64,000 nt of DNA from Thermodesulfobacteriota bacterium (GTDB lineage Bacteria > Desulfobacterota > Desulfobacteria > Desulfobacterales > C00003060), in NCBI GenBank assembly GCA_034189385.1, contig JAXHVD010000018.1:28398-92397 (forward strand), written 5' to 3'. How positions within the stretch are numbered: the first letter of the stretch is position 1; every line of letters starts with the position of its first letter. A model generated the notes under the pieces. The model was not told the origin of the DNA, made no database searches, and saw only the letters and a program-made list of their open reading frames with translations. The translations under genes and the position numbers were made by a program. Positions 50,280 through 61,056 of this stretch are shown here, in pieces.

Positions 50280-51404
50280 CTATGTGGAAAGCGCCTTTGC
50301 CAGGGCATCTAGATAATGACGGACATGGCTGATAGGAGCAGCCATGTTGGCCCTGTGGTTTGCCAGGATACCATCTAGCGATGCATCTGTCACCAGCCAG
50401 GGGTCCAGTTCACTGGCCACATGACAGGAGTGGACGGCATGGTGGAGGAGATCCACCCCGTGGCGCGCCTCAAGGACTTCGGAGAAATCCTCCCGAACGG
50501 CGTGGAGTATCTCACCAAGGGCTTTTGCAACCCCTTTCCCATAATAGAAGTAATCATCTACCTTAAACCAACTCACAGGGGAGCCGTCTTCTTCCTTGGA
50601 CCGGACCAGGTTTTCATCACAACTTCCCACCAGGTCTGAAAGACTCACAAGGAGAGGAATCAGATTGTCTGCCCGTATGTAAAAGCGCGCTTCCCCTCTC
50701 TCAAGGCGCTGGGCATACTCGCGCAATTCCTTCAGGCTATCGTTATACTTCTCCTCTGCCGCCGGCAGCCAGTAACGGTCCGGCTTTATCATCAGCCAGT
50801 TCATAGCATTTTCAAGGTTCTGGTCAATGGCATCTGTCACGCCATATCGGGAAATCCTGTCAGCCAGAATCACAGTGGTCCGACGAACCACTTCCAGAAC
50901 GCCGAGCTGCATGTTTTCCACGTTATCAGTAAACCTCAGAATATCGTTCCGTCGCCAACCCCAAAACCGCTCATTAAGCTCATGGTCCAGAACCGAAACA
51001 GTGGCCTCCACAAAGGCAACCCCTTTGGCCCTTTCTTCATGCAAGGCCCCATGTTCGGCAACCATGTGTTCATCTGAAATCCCATGCTCGGCTGGGGCAC
51101 CATGGTCTTCGGGAACACCCCCATGATCAGCCCCTGTGCCATGGTCTGTTGGGCCGATGGCCTGTGGTTCAGAAGGCGCCGGGGGCTGAATACCGGGGTG
51201 GGTTTCTCCCGCTCCATGGAGACTCATATCCACATCTTCACCGCCATGAAGGAGCACGGACTCATCGGGGCCACTGGCTACATGGGACTCCTCGGACCCT
51301 TGAAAAAAGCCTAAGAGCATCCAACAGACCCAAATAACAATGACACCAACGACAATGGCGCCCACAGCCCTTAAGCCGATAAACCTCTTCAAGCTATTGA
51401 TCAT
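50280..51404 (-). CDS. DUF2333 family membrane-anchored protein
   Basis: N-terminal TM; GWRRND, DN.ENMQLG, RADNL, DDYFYYGKG, ANHRANMA. Confidence 0.85.
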   Translation of the reverse strand: MINSLKRFIGLRAVGAIVVGVIVIWVCWMLLGFFQGSEESHVASGPDESVLLHGGEDVDMSLHGAGETHPGIQPPAPSEPQAIGPTDHGTGADHGGVPEDHGAPAEHGISDEHMVAEHGALHEERAKGVAFVEATVSVLDHELNERFWGWRRNDILRFTDNVENMQLGVLEVVRRTTVILADRISRYGVTDAIDQNLENAMNWLMIKPDRYWLPAAEEKYNDSLKELREYAQRLERGEARFYIRADNLIPLLVSLSDLVGSCDENLVRSKEEDGSPVSWFKVDDYFYYGKGVAKALGEILHAVREDFSEVLEARHGVDLLHHAVHSCHVASELDPWLVTDASLDGILANHRANMAAPISHVRHYLDALAKALST

Positions 51405-51422
51405 CGTCTCTGCCCTGTCATG

Positions 51423-53333
51423 TTAGCCCTCCCGAAGTCTTCGCACATCCCCCACCCGGATGGTGACTTTTGTTGTATCAAAATACTCAATTAAAGGAAT
51501 CATGTACTTACGGGTGACCCCCGTCACCTCTTTAAGCTGCGGGGTGGTGATCTCCCTATGGGCCCGCAAAAAGGCCACGAGTCTGTTTTTTAGTTCCTCT
51601 ATGACATCTTTGTGAAAGTAAAGGCCTTCCTTTACCTTGACGACCAGCCCTTCTTCAAGCATGTGGCTCAGGACGTCCTCCACTCCCTTTGCATTTCCCC
51701 CAAAAGATGCTACCAGTTCTCTCACATAGGGTGGGGCAAGGCCGCTTTGAAGGTATGCCTGTTCGATCTTCTCTCTGACATGTTTCTGGTCTGCCTGCAA
51801 AGCGATTCTGTGCCCGGAAAGGCGAACCAACTCCTTTTCCTGCACCACTTTGCCGGACTTTGCTAGTTTCTGAACCAGGAGGTTGAAGGCCCGAGGCCCG
51901 AGGGCCCGAGGCAACTTGGACTTGACCACCTCCTTGGTTATCCCTGCCTTAAGAGGATGTGCCTTGTGATAGCCCTCCAGAAGCTGGAGGATCTCATCTT
52001 GAAGGGCATCAAAGATAGCGCTGTCAACGAAGATACGGTTTTCCTTATCCACCTGAACCACGGCCTGTCGACCAACGAGGTCTTGCAGGGACTGTTCAAG
52101 GGCCTTTTCTCCGGTGTTTGTCATAATGATCAGATCAGAAAAGGAAACCCCCTGAAGGCCTCCCCCCCTTATGTGGTGCATGATGCTCTCTTTGGGGGAA
52201 CTGTCCACCAGACCTTTCAGTCCGGCTACAATGGCTTCTTTCAATCGTTTGTGTTTATTTGGGATGGGATTGATGATCCGCCCCCCACCTATGGTCCTGA
52301 TAGGAGAGTAGCTACGGATGACAAAGGGATCATCTCTTACAACCGACACCGGGGACTCAAGGCGCAACTGGGCTACAGCCTTTCCACCCATGTCCAGTTC
52401 CTCGCGATCCAATAGAACCACATTGCCCAACACCTCGCTGGTACCCGTATGAAACCGAACCCGAGTGCGGTTTTTAAGGGGTTTCTTGTTAGAAGAAAGA
52501 TATTCCAAGACGACATCGACCATATAGCTCGGTTTGAGCGTGTCCACCCCTCCCAGGACATCTCCCCGCTTTGTGGCCGTGCGCTCCAAACCCTGGAAGT
52601 TGATCGCTGTTCTCATGCCGGCCATGGCCTCGTCCACCGATTGATTGTGAACCTGAATCCCCCGTACCTTGGATTGGATATGAGAGGGATAGAGCATGAT
52701 CGTGTCCCCCACGCGAACCTTTCCAGACACAAGGCTTCCCGTAATAACCGTCCCAAATCCCTTCATGGTAAAAACACGGTCCACAGGGAGCCGAAACAGT
52801 CCGCTGGATGCGCGTTCCGGGACCTTCTCACATAGCCTGTCTAAGACCGACACACACTCTGATAGCCCTTGGCCTTTGGTTGAAGACACCCGCACAATGG
52901 GAGCATCCTCCAAAAAAGAGCCCTGGAGAAAAGACTTCACGTCATCGGCTACCAGTTCCAGCCACTCTTCGTCCACCATGTCCGTCTTCGTCAACACCAC
53001 CATGCCATCCTTCACCCCAAGGAGGCTGCATATTTCAAGGTGCTCCCTCGTCTGAGGCATAACGCTCTCGTCGGCTGCTATGATCAGGGCCACCAGGTCT
53101 ATGCCCGTGGCACCTGCCACCATGTTCTTGACAAACTTCTCGTGGCCCGGCACATCCACGATCCCCACCCGCTGGCCACTAGGCAGATCTAACCAGGCAA
53201 AGCCCAGTTCAATTGTAATGCCACGGAGTTTTTCTTCTTTCAGGCGGTCCGTGTCAATGCCTGTCAAAGCCCTGATCAAGCTTGTCTTGCCATGGTCAAT
53301 GTGGCCGGCAGTTCCCAGAATGATCTGTTTCAA
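51423..53333 (-). CDS. selB: Selenocysteine-specific elongation factor
   Basis: [28 protein letters not shown]-terminal winged helices [13 protein letters not shown]. Confidence 0.97.
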   Translation of the reverse strand: MKQIILGTAGHIDHGKTSLIRALTGIDTDRLKEEKLRGITIELGFAWLDLPSGQRVGIVDVPGHEKFVKNMVAGATGIDLVALIIAADESVMPQTREHLEICSLLGVKDGMVVLTKTDMVDEEWLELVADDVKSFLQGSFLEDAPIVRVSSTKGQGLSECVSVLDRLCEKVPERASSGLFRLPVDRVFTMKGFGTVITGSLVSGKVRVGDTIMLYPSHIQSKVRGIQVHNQSVDEAMAGMRTAINFQGLERTATKRGDVLGGVDTLKPSYMVDVVLEYLSSNKKPLKNRTRVRFHTGTSEVLGNVVLLDREELDMGGKAVAQLRLESPVSVVRDDPFVIRSYSPIRTIGGGRIINPIPNKHKRLKEAIVAGLKGLVDSSPKESIMHHIRGGGLQGVSFSDLIIMTNTGEKALEQSLQDLVGRQAVVQVDKENRIFVDSAIFDALQDEILQLLEGYHKAHPLKAGITKEVVKSKLPRALGPRAFNLLVQKLAKSGKVVQEKELVRLSGHRIALQADQKHVREKIEQAYLQSGLAPPYVRELVASFGGNAKGVEDVLSHMLEEGLVVKVKEGLYFHKDVIEELKNRLVAFLRAHREITTPQLKEVTGVTRKYMIPLIEYFDTTKVTIRVGDVRRLREG

Positions 53334-53347
53334 TGATCAGCCCTTCC

Positions 53348-53524
53348 TCACAGCCCCTTTTTTCGCTTGCGAAACCGTTCCGACAAGTAGGCCAGCCCAA
53401 CCACTAAGACCCCTAGGGCGACGACCCACCCGATAGAGGCCTGAGGGAAAAAGAAGCGACTCAGCAGGACGGCAAAAAGGCCCCCCATAATAACCCTGAT
53501 AAGGAATATGTAAAACCGTGTCAT
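53348..53524 (-). CDS. Small two-TM membrane protein (58 aa), not in the ORF track
   Basis: [37 protein letters not shown]...[15 protein letters not shown]; ends 14 nt before selB. Confidence 0.8.
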   Translation of the reverse strand: MTRFYIFLIRVIMGGLFAVLLSRFFFPQASIGWVVALGVLVVGLAYLSERFRKRKKGL

Positions 53525-53912
53525 CTGTTCACCTCCATGGCATGTGGCCTGCCTTTCTAGGTCTTCTATATAAATTCCCCTTTGTCGTCAATCATAAGTT
53601 TGCCCCCTAGTTGGTTGAATCACAAAGGAGATCTGCCATTTGGCCTTGTGAGAAACGGATCCGTTCCCGTCTCCCCTGGTTGCTGTCCCGTCCCAAGGAC
53701 GACATCTAGAAATCACACGGCACCATGCCGTGTAAACGTTTAGACGGAAAACTCAAAGCCCTTGAAAACCGATGGATCCTGTGTTAGATATGGGAAGGAT
53801 GGGCGGCACGAAAGGCGTCGGGAATCTGTGGCCCGGCTGTGCCGTCCAATGTTACACCACAGTCGGCCTGCGACTGATTGACGAGGCTCTTTTCCAAAAA
53901 CGCGGTTTCTGT

Positions 53913-53989
53913 GGTGAGTGTAGCTCAGGCGGTAGAGCACCGGGTTGTGGCCCCGGTTGTCGAGGGTTCAAGTCCCTTCACTCACCCCA
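53913..53989 (+). tRNA. tRNA-His(GTG)
   Basis: G-1, acceptor GTGAGTG/CACTCAC, anticodon arm CCGGG-TTGTGGC-CCCGG, CCA. Confidence 0.97.
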
Positions 53990-53999
53990 CTCATCTGAT

Positions 54000-54076
<77 letters not shown>

Positions 54077-54084
54077 ATAAAATT

Positions 54085-54120
54085 AAGGACTTAGGTCGGT
54101 TTGGCCGAAGTCCTTTTTTT
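54085..54120 (+). terminator. Intrinsic terminator of the tRNA operon
   Basis: aaggactt-aggtc...ggccg-aagtcctt followed by a T run. Confidence 0.8.
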
Positions 54121-54731
54121 GTGCCTGTGTGAGAATTTGTGTGAGAAAAGTCTTTTAGGACCAACCTGAAGCAAGAACAACACCAGCAGTTGGGGTTTCC
54201 TGATTCAACAATTTCAATTCTTTAGGTTGGCTTCAGGGAGCCGGCAGTTCAAGGTCTAGCGAGTGACGGACTTTGTTGTCCGGGCGCCTGCAGTCGGCAA
54301 CCCTTTAGACAGCCTGATGTCAAAACAATATTTTGTGATAACAGAGAGTTTACTTGTCTTTCTTCATTCAACAGATTTGCTCTGACCTACGGATTCCTTT
54401 TTCAGAAACTCCCTTCCCTCTCTTTCTCGGTCAGTGTATACCCCTTCAAACTCCTTTCCAGGGCCATGATCTGCATATAAGGCCTCGGGCAGCACACAGG
54501 TTTCCTGCCCCAACCAACTGCCCTCAAGCCGACCACTTTTACGCAGATTTGAAACGAATACCTGAAAAACCAGCCCTTGTTACGTATAGCATAGCACAAT
54601 CAAACATATGACGCAGTCTTGGACCCAAGGGTTCCACCACAAGATCTAGGGTTTCTTCACTACGGAGGCAGAGCCATTGCTGACCCTGCCTCCAAACAAG
54701 ACACAATTCATAAAGAAAGCTCAAAATGCGA

Positions 54732-57107
54732 TCAGCAGGTTTCGCCCGGAGGCAACTGGTTAAGCAAGCTCGCTATAACATTATTTGCATATTCAATAAT
54801 CATATGTGCCTCTTCATAGGAAATCTTCTTGCCCCTCTGAGCCTCAACCTGATTCTTAAATGCCTCTAGCTGATTAACAGCGGCACAGACTTTTTCTTTG
54901 GTGGCGGACTTTTCTGCATTATCTACTTTTTGTTTGAGTGAATTTGCCATTGTTTCATCTGTCGCCCCACTATCCACGAGGGCATCAATAACATCGAGTA
55001 ATGCCCCTAATGAATCAACGCAGCCGTCACCATCTGCGTCAAAGCCAGTGGAGTCTTCGTCCGGGCAGCTGTCATCAGGACATGTGTTGGCGGGAAAACC
55101 AGGATTGCCGTATCCGTCCCCATCGGTGTCTGTGCAATCGTCGCACGCATCGCCTATCCCATCATTGTCAAAATCAAGCTGATCAGGGTTAGGAACAACA
55201 GGGCAGTTGTCACACACATCACCTATGCCATCGTCTTCACCATCTGCTTGGTCTGCGTTTGCATGACCCGGACAATTATCACATACATCACCCACGCCAT
55301 CGGCATCTGAATCGGTCTGGTTGGTGTTAGGGACTTGCGGGCAGTTGTCTTCGTCGTCAGGAAGGCCGTCGCCGTCAGTATCAGGGGAAGCCGGATAGTG
55401 AAGGATCGTGGCATAAGGTCCCACAGCAAACACATCACTTCCTGAACTGCCCCACACGCTACAGACCGATCGGTTCGTGCCGATGGCCATTTCCGACCAG
55501 GCAATGCCGTTATAGTGAAGGATCGTGCCGCCCGTGGCGCTGCCACCCACAGCAAACACATCACTTCCTGAACTGCCCCATACGCCCCACAGGGCGCCGG
55601 AGGTGCCGCTTGTCATCTCCGACCAGGCGAAGCCGTTGTAGTGAAGGATGGTGCCATAAATGCCGACAGCAAACACATCACTTCCTGAACTGCCCCATAC
55701 GCCCAAGAGGGATTCAGACGTGCTTGTCATTTGCGACCAACTATTGCCGTCGTAGTGAAGGATCGTGCCACCGACACCCACAGCAAACACATCACTTCCT
55801 GAACTGCCCCATACGCCCCAGAGCCATTCAGACGTGCCGCTTGTCATTTCCGACCAACTGCTGCCGTTGTAGTGAAGGATCGTGCCATAAGGTCCCACAG
55901 CAAACACATCACTTCCTGAACTGCCCCACACGCTACAGACCGATCGGTTCGTGCCGATGGCCATTTCCGACCAGCTGGTGCCGTCATAGTGGAGGATCGT
56001 GTCGCCCACAGCAAACACGTCACTTCCTGAACTGCCCCATACATCCCACAGCCAGGTCCATACAAAACTGCCCATTGTCATTTCCGACCAACTGCTACCG
56101 TCATAGTGAAGGATCTTGCTAGAGTCTCCCACAGCAAAGACGTCACTTGCCGAACTGCCCCATACGCCCCAGAGGTTGCTAGAGGTGCGGCTTGTCACCT
56201 CCGACCAGCTGCTGCCGTCATAGTGAAGGATCGCGGTATTACCTCCTACAGCAAAGACATCACTTCCCGAACTGCCCCATAGGCCATTAAGTACTGTGGT
56301 CGTGCCAATGGGCATTTCCGACCAAGTGCTGCCGTCATAGTGAAGGATCGTGTCGGCGGGGCCCGTGGCAAAGACATCACCTGCCGAACTGCCCCACACG
56401 CAATAGAGCATGCGGACGGTCCCGCTTGTCATCTCCGACCAGCTGATGCCGTTATAGTGAAGAATCGTGCCCCCGCCACCCACAGCAAAGACATTATCTG
56501 GGTGAGTGCCCCACACGCTCAAGAGTGATTCAGACGTCCCGCTTGTCATTTCCGACCAGGCGACGCCGTCATAGTGAAGGATCGTGCCGCCGCCACCCAC
56601 AGCAAACACACCAAATACCGTGCCCCATACATCGTAAAGCATTTCGGAAGTGGGGCTCATCATTTGGGACCAGCTGCTGCCATCATAGTGAAGGATCGTG
56701 CCTCTTTCTCCAACAGCAAACACGTTATATGGCGGCCAACTGCCCCACACGCCACGGAGATCGCTAGACGTGCCGCTTGTCATTTCCGACCAGGCGACGC
56801 GGTCATAGTGAACGATCGTGCCTCTTTCTCCAACAGCAAACACGTCGCCTTCCGAACTGCCCCACACGTCACAGAGCGATTCTAACGTGCCGGTTTTCAT
56901 TTCCGACCAGGCGACGCCGTCATAGTGAACGATTGTGCCGGGAGCTCCGACAACAAAGACATCACTTGCCGAACTGCCCCACACGTCACAGTAGTAAGCT
57001 CCTTGGTGTTGTATCTCCCAATCGGAGGCATGGATGCCCGGACAGGGAAGCAAGGATAGTATAAAAAGTTGAACGACCACTGACTTCAAAATAATGGTTT
57101 TGTTCAT
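54732..57107 (-). CDS. Secreted 14-repeat (double 7-blade) beta-propeller protein with thrombospondin type 3 repeats and FIMAH-like C-terminal helical domain
   Basis: Signal peptide; 14 x [33 protein letters not shown] repeats; NSL..K...A.NQL.AF.NQV.AQRGKKI. Confidence 0.88.
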   Translation of the reverse strand: MNKTIILKSVVVQLFILSLLPCPGIHASDWEIQHQGAYYCDVWGSSASDVFVVGAPGTIVHYDGVAWSEMKTGTLESLCDVWGSSEGDVFAVGERGTIVHYDRVAWSEMTSGTSSDLRGVWGSWPPYNVFAVGERGTILHYDGSSWSQMMSPTSEMLYDVWGTVFGVFAVGGGGTILHYDGVAWSEMTSGTSESLLSVWGTHPDNVFAVGGGGTILHYNGISWSEMTSGTVRMLYCVWGSSAGDVFATGPADTILHYDGSTWSEMPIGTTTVLNGLWGSSGSDVFAVGGNTAILHYDGSSWSEVTSRTSSNLWGVWGSSASDVFAVGDSSKILHYDGSSWSEMTMGSFVWTWLWDVWGSSGSDVFAVGDTILHYDGTSWSEMAIGTNRSVCSVWGSSGSDVFAVGPYGTILHYNGSSWSEMTSGTSEWLWGVWGSSGSDVFAVGVGGTILHYDGNSWSQMTSTSESLLGVWGSSGSDVFAVGIYGTILHYNGFAWSEMTSGTSGALWGVWGSSGSDVFAVGGSATGGTILHYNGIAWSEMAIGTNRSVCSVWGSSGSDVFAVGPYATILHYPASPDTDGDGLPDDEDNCPQVPNTNQTDSDADGVGDVCDNCPGHANADQADGEDDGIGDVCDNCPVVPNPDQLDFDNDGIGDACDDCTDTDGDGYGNPGFPANTCPDDSCPDEDSTGFDADGDGCVDSLGALLDVIDALVDSGATDETMANSLKQKVDNAEKSATKEKVCAAVNQLEAFKNQVEAQRGKKISYEEAHMIIEYANNVIASLLNQLPPGETC

Positions 57108-58700
57108 TGCATCCTCCCTATGGTTGTGATGGCAGTACAATTAAAGGATCGAGTCCCACCATAATCTTGAAAAGGGTTCATGAGCATTGTGCCCCGTGCC
57201 CCGCGGCTTGCCTAAATCTGTAAATCACGTAGGTTGCCCCGCGGCCCAACCAAGGGAGTTGAGGCAAGGCTTGTCTAACCAAGCCACAAACATCAACTTG
57301 ACAGCTAAAGGCAAATCAAATGACCTTCTTCGAACCAATTGAGCTGGGTTTTTAACCCTATTGCATCCTGCTTTGAACTTGTTCCACCCCATCAGTCTTT
57401 TTCAGAATTGAAAAAAGGTTATTCGTCGCAAAAAGTGTACCGAAACGGCCTCTTACTCCCTATCTTGAATTTCACCTACTTGGCTCCAGCCAAGAAAGGA
57501 CCCGATAAGGGAATATGTAAATAAGTACCCAGGTTGTGTCGAATCGATTTCCACTTCTGGAAACATTTTTGCCTATGCCTACTTTCTTAATAGGAAATAA
57601 GGCAAATTCAAGAGGAATCGGTAATGAAACAAAATCGCCCCTACCACGCTAGAGCCAAAAAGGCAATAGCCTAACGTGACCATTTTCCCTGCAAAAACTA
57701 CCTAGTGTCCATCCATAAATCGAGGTTTTATAAGCCTCAGCGGAGTTGAAAAACCGTGGCTATTAAACCAGCAAGAGGCTCAAGATGGAAATAACGGCAT
57801 CGTGAGGTTGAAAAGGGCCATCAATGATGCATTTGAGCCACACTGGTGCCTTTGATTAACTGGTGCTTGTTTGTTTTTTGTTTTACGCCATTTGTTTTCG
57901 AGCAATGGTCAGTAAGTTAGCAGATACGATAGATGCCCAAACGTAACTTTTGAAGGACTGTAAGCCCTCCCAGGTACAACGGGCAAAGCCAAAACATCTT
58001 TTGATCCAGGATATACCGGACTCGATGCCTGCTCTAAAACGACGCAGGCGCTTGTAAACCCATTGGCTACGGCACATGTCCTCAACCTTGAGGCCACGTT
58101 TCTTACCAAAACAAACGTCTTTTATTTTTTTGCTCTTGGCAGCGTTTAAATTGTCTTTTGATGCAAAGCCGCCATCAAGGGCTACCTTAAGAGGATAGCG
58201 GCCATAGAGCCCGTTTTGACGCTCAAGCATTGTGTCGGTCAGTTTTGTGTCAGAGGGATTACCATCAGTAATGACACAGTCAACAATCAAGTTGGAAGCA
58301 CCTCCAGTCAGACAGACTTTATGGCCATAAAACGTGTCCCTACGGTCTTTGACAATGATATCTGTATGCGGTTGAAAGATAGAAACTACTTTGTCGGAGG
58401 CACGAACCGCTTGGCCATGAAGGACTCTTTTTTCTGTCTGGTCAATGACACGCAGGGTTAAATCCATATAGTGCCTCAAGTCATTGGATATGGCCACAGC
58501 AAGAAGATCTTGTCTATGCCCTAGGATACTGACTGTCCTGTGGGCATAGCCGACAGCTTTACGGGTTACTTTAAGCAGATCGAGATATTTTTTATGACGT
58601 TGTTTTTTGTTCTCGGCGTGTTGGATGCCCAGCATACGGCGTTTAGCCCTGCGGGTATGATTTTGAAAAACTATCCCTGAACGGGGGAAATGCTCTTTAG

Positions 58701-59354
58701 TATGGTAAAGAAACCCTTGCCCTTTGGGCAAGGTCAGAGTTCAGTGGCTTTGCCATCTGAACGACTCATTGTTACATCCTAACCTGAGTTGTCCCCACAA
58801 CAACAGGAAAGGAGTAACAAATGAGTCGGTTTCGAAAACTATCACAAACGATTTGGCACTGCAAATACCACATTGTGTGGGTTCCCAAGTACCGGTTCAG
58901 GATATTGACAGGCAAGTTGTCTGTGGAAGTTGACCGATGCATTCGGGCATTTACTGAGCAGCAGGGCTGTGAGGTCGTTGAATTGAATGTCCAAGTAGAC
59001 CATGTGCACCTTCTCGTAATGGTTCCTCCGAAGGTTTCAATCTCAGGCTTTGTGGGGACGGTCAAAGGGAGAACGGCTATACGGGTTTTGAACAAATTCC
59101 GTAAATTGAAGGAAAGGCCCTATTGGGGTAATCATTTCTGGTCGAGAGGCTACTGCGTGGACACAGTGGGCTTGGACGCAGAAACGGTACAGAGATACAT
59201 CAAATATCAAGAGGCCAGAGAGAGACAATCAGAGACACCCAAATATTGATGAATCGATGGGGGCAACTCAACCTTGCCTTCTCAGAGGGCAAGGCAACTT
59301 CATCCCCTTCCAGGGGTTAATCCAAAACCGGCCCCTCTGGGGTCGGTTGTTTAT
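58701..59354 (+). mobile_element. IS200-like element (tnpA only)
   Basis: Subterminal hairpins CCTTGCCC-ttt-GGGCAAGG and CCTTGCCT...GGGCAAGG; removal restores the host frame. Confidence 0.85.
58821..59249 (+). CDS. tnpA: IS200/IS605 family Y1 (HUH) transposase
   Basis: YHIVWVPKYR, DHVHL, FWSRGY, YIKYQ. Confidence 0.96.
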   Translation: MSRFRKLSQTIWHCKYHIVWVPKYRFRILTGKLSVEVDRCIRAFTEQQGCEVVELNVQVDHVHLLVMVPPKVSISGFVGTVKGRTAIRVLNKFRKLKERPYWGNHFWSRGYCVDTVGLDAETVQRYIKYQEARERQSETPKY

Positions 59355-60792
59355 CTTTTGTGAGAATACGAGTCAGCACTCTGACACAATCCCATAAAAG
59401 GGTCGAATCGGAAGGGGTGTGAATGTTGGACTCCACGACAGTACAGTCAATGCGTACCTTGCGACCCTTCTCAATATCGTTGTTTTTGGCATATTCTACG
59501 ATATGCCGATTGATCGCTTCCCAGGTCTTCGGTGACAAGGCTTTGATGTTTTTACACAGGACGGATTTTTTAAACCCCTTATCTCCAATGCCAACGAGGC
59601 AAAAGCGCCTCAGGCCGACAGAGTCTGCCAAATGAAAGGCAAGATCCTGATAACTGAACTTAAACATTTGCTTGATGATGGCCGCGCGAACAACTTGCTC
59701 AGCACTCATCCCCTTAGCTCCCGATCGACAGGTGGCCCTTGGGGAAAGGTCTTGCATCGCCAAATCGCTAATGGTAGGACTATCGTCAAGAATGCGGCTG
59801 ATGGCTTTGAGTTCAACGGTCCGAGGATGGTCCAAACTTTGTGGCATCAAAGGCATCTGTTTCTTGCTCGTTTTGCGCATTTTGTAGTGGCTTCCTTTCT
59901 TTACTTTAATAGTAATATCAATTGTTTGACACTTTTGACTTACTATTAGAAGAAAGCATTGTCTACTATAAAATGCGCTTTTTTTATTGATTACAAAACT
60001 TTATGTCCGTGGATGGACACTACCTAATTCTTGTGTAAAAATACGATGTCTACATGGGAGGACTACTGTGGGAACTGCCTATTGGCCGATAAAAACGAGA
60101 CTTGATAACTCGGTGTGCCAAGGGTCACGAGGCTTCAGGTGAGGGCGCTACAATATGTTGTGGGTTGGCTGTTAGGGTCTCCAATGCAGGTTTCTTGCCA
60201 AGAGCACGCTGAAAACGACCTGTCAAAATTCAAAGATATTCGACGATTATCCCAGCAGCAGGCAGAACACAGGTTTGCCTCCCAGATGGCACCTCGGAAA
60301 CGGTCCAATCCGATGTGTGATTACCTGCCAATCTGGGTATAATCACCCAAATGATTTTATTGCGGATTTGTAACGCATACCACAAGCTATGTCAAGCTCC
60401 TGGAGCCATTTGGCAGACCTTTCCGTGAAAGTGGGGGCAAGACGACGCTGTTGGGAAGATTCACAAGAAGAGCGCAGTGCGGATTGGTTCTGAATATGCG
60501 AAAATCATAGGCTTTCAAATAGTTGCCTGTTCACCGGGTTATTCAACATTTGCCGAGACTATTTGGCAGAAGAGGTCTACAGCGGAGATCTCGCATTTCA
60601 GAGGGTCTTGGGGATTCAGGACAGTCGGACAAAATCTACAAAGGGAACAAAATCGAGTACGTATAGCAATTATCACACCTACAAGAAGTAGCGCCCTGAA
60701 GCGAGGTAAATGGCCTCAATCCCCAGGTGACACTTGGAAATCGCATAGCGGGATAAACGGAAGACATCGAAACAGCCTCAGTCCTCAACAGA

Positions 60793-60935
60793 TTGAAGCC
60801 TCCCCGCGGCTTGCCGCGGGGAATTTTCACCGTAAGAATGACAACTCTTTAGACGTACGCTCGCTAACCCCGCAGCTCGCGAAGCACTGCTGTAAGGCAG
60901 AACCAAAGGGGAATGGGCTCGCTTATGCGGTTCAA
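60793..60935. repeat. REP/MITE-like element with GC hairpin
   Basis: TTGAA...TTCAA ends; TCCCCGCGGC-TT-GCCGCGGGGA palindrome; repeated gctcgct. Confidence 0.55.
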
Positions 60936-61056
60936 CGAGGTGGCTGGCCGGATAATTTAGCGGAGCCCTCAACCCGAGCTCCGTGCCCCTCCCCTGTGCA
61001 GACGCGATTCTGCCCCAAAAATGGCACGTCGTGTGGGCAAACGCTGAAGGATGATC

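Larger units (their letters stand above)
57883..59880 (-). pseudogene. DDE transposase split by IS200-like insertion (59355-59880 and 57883-58700)
   Basis: RIDCTVVESNIH.P.DS; KVVSIF.PHTDII; DGGF; FRAGIES.IS. Confidence 0.88.
57705..60020 (-). mobile_element. ISNCY/IS5-like DDE insertion sequence, interrupted
   Basis: Inverted ends GTGTCCATCCA / TGGATGGACAC; 6-bp duplication TACCTA (57699-57704, 60021-60026). Confidence 0.9.

Noticed and set aside
54354..54724. Several short overlapping ORFs after the tRNA terminator
   Set aside because: No recognisable product; possibly a decayed remnant but unsupported
55390..57000. Regular repeat-variable pattern as a CRISPR array
   Set aside because: Units are about 117 bp, in frame within a signal-peptide ORF; no cas genes
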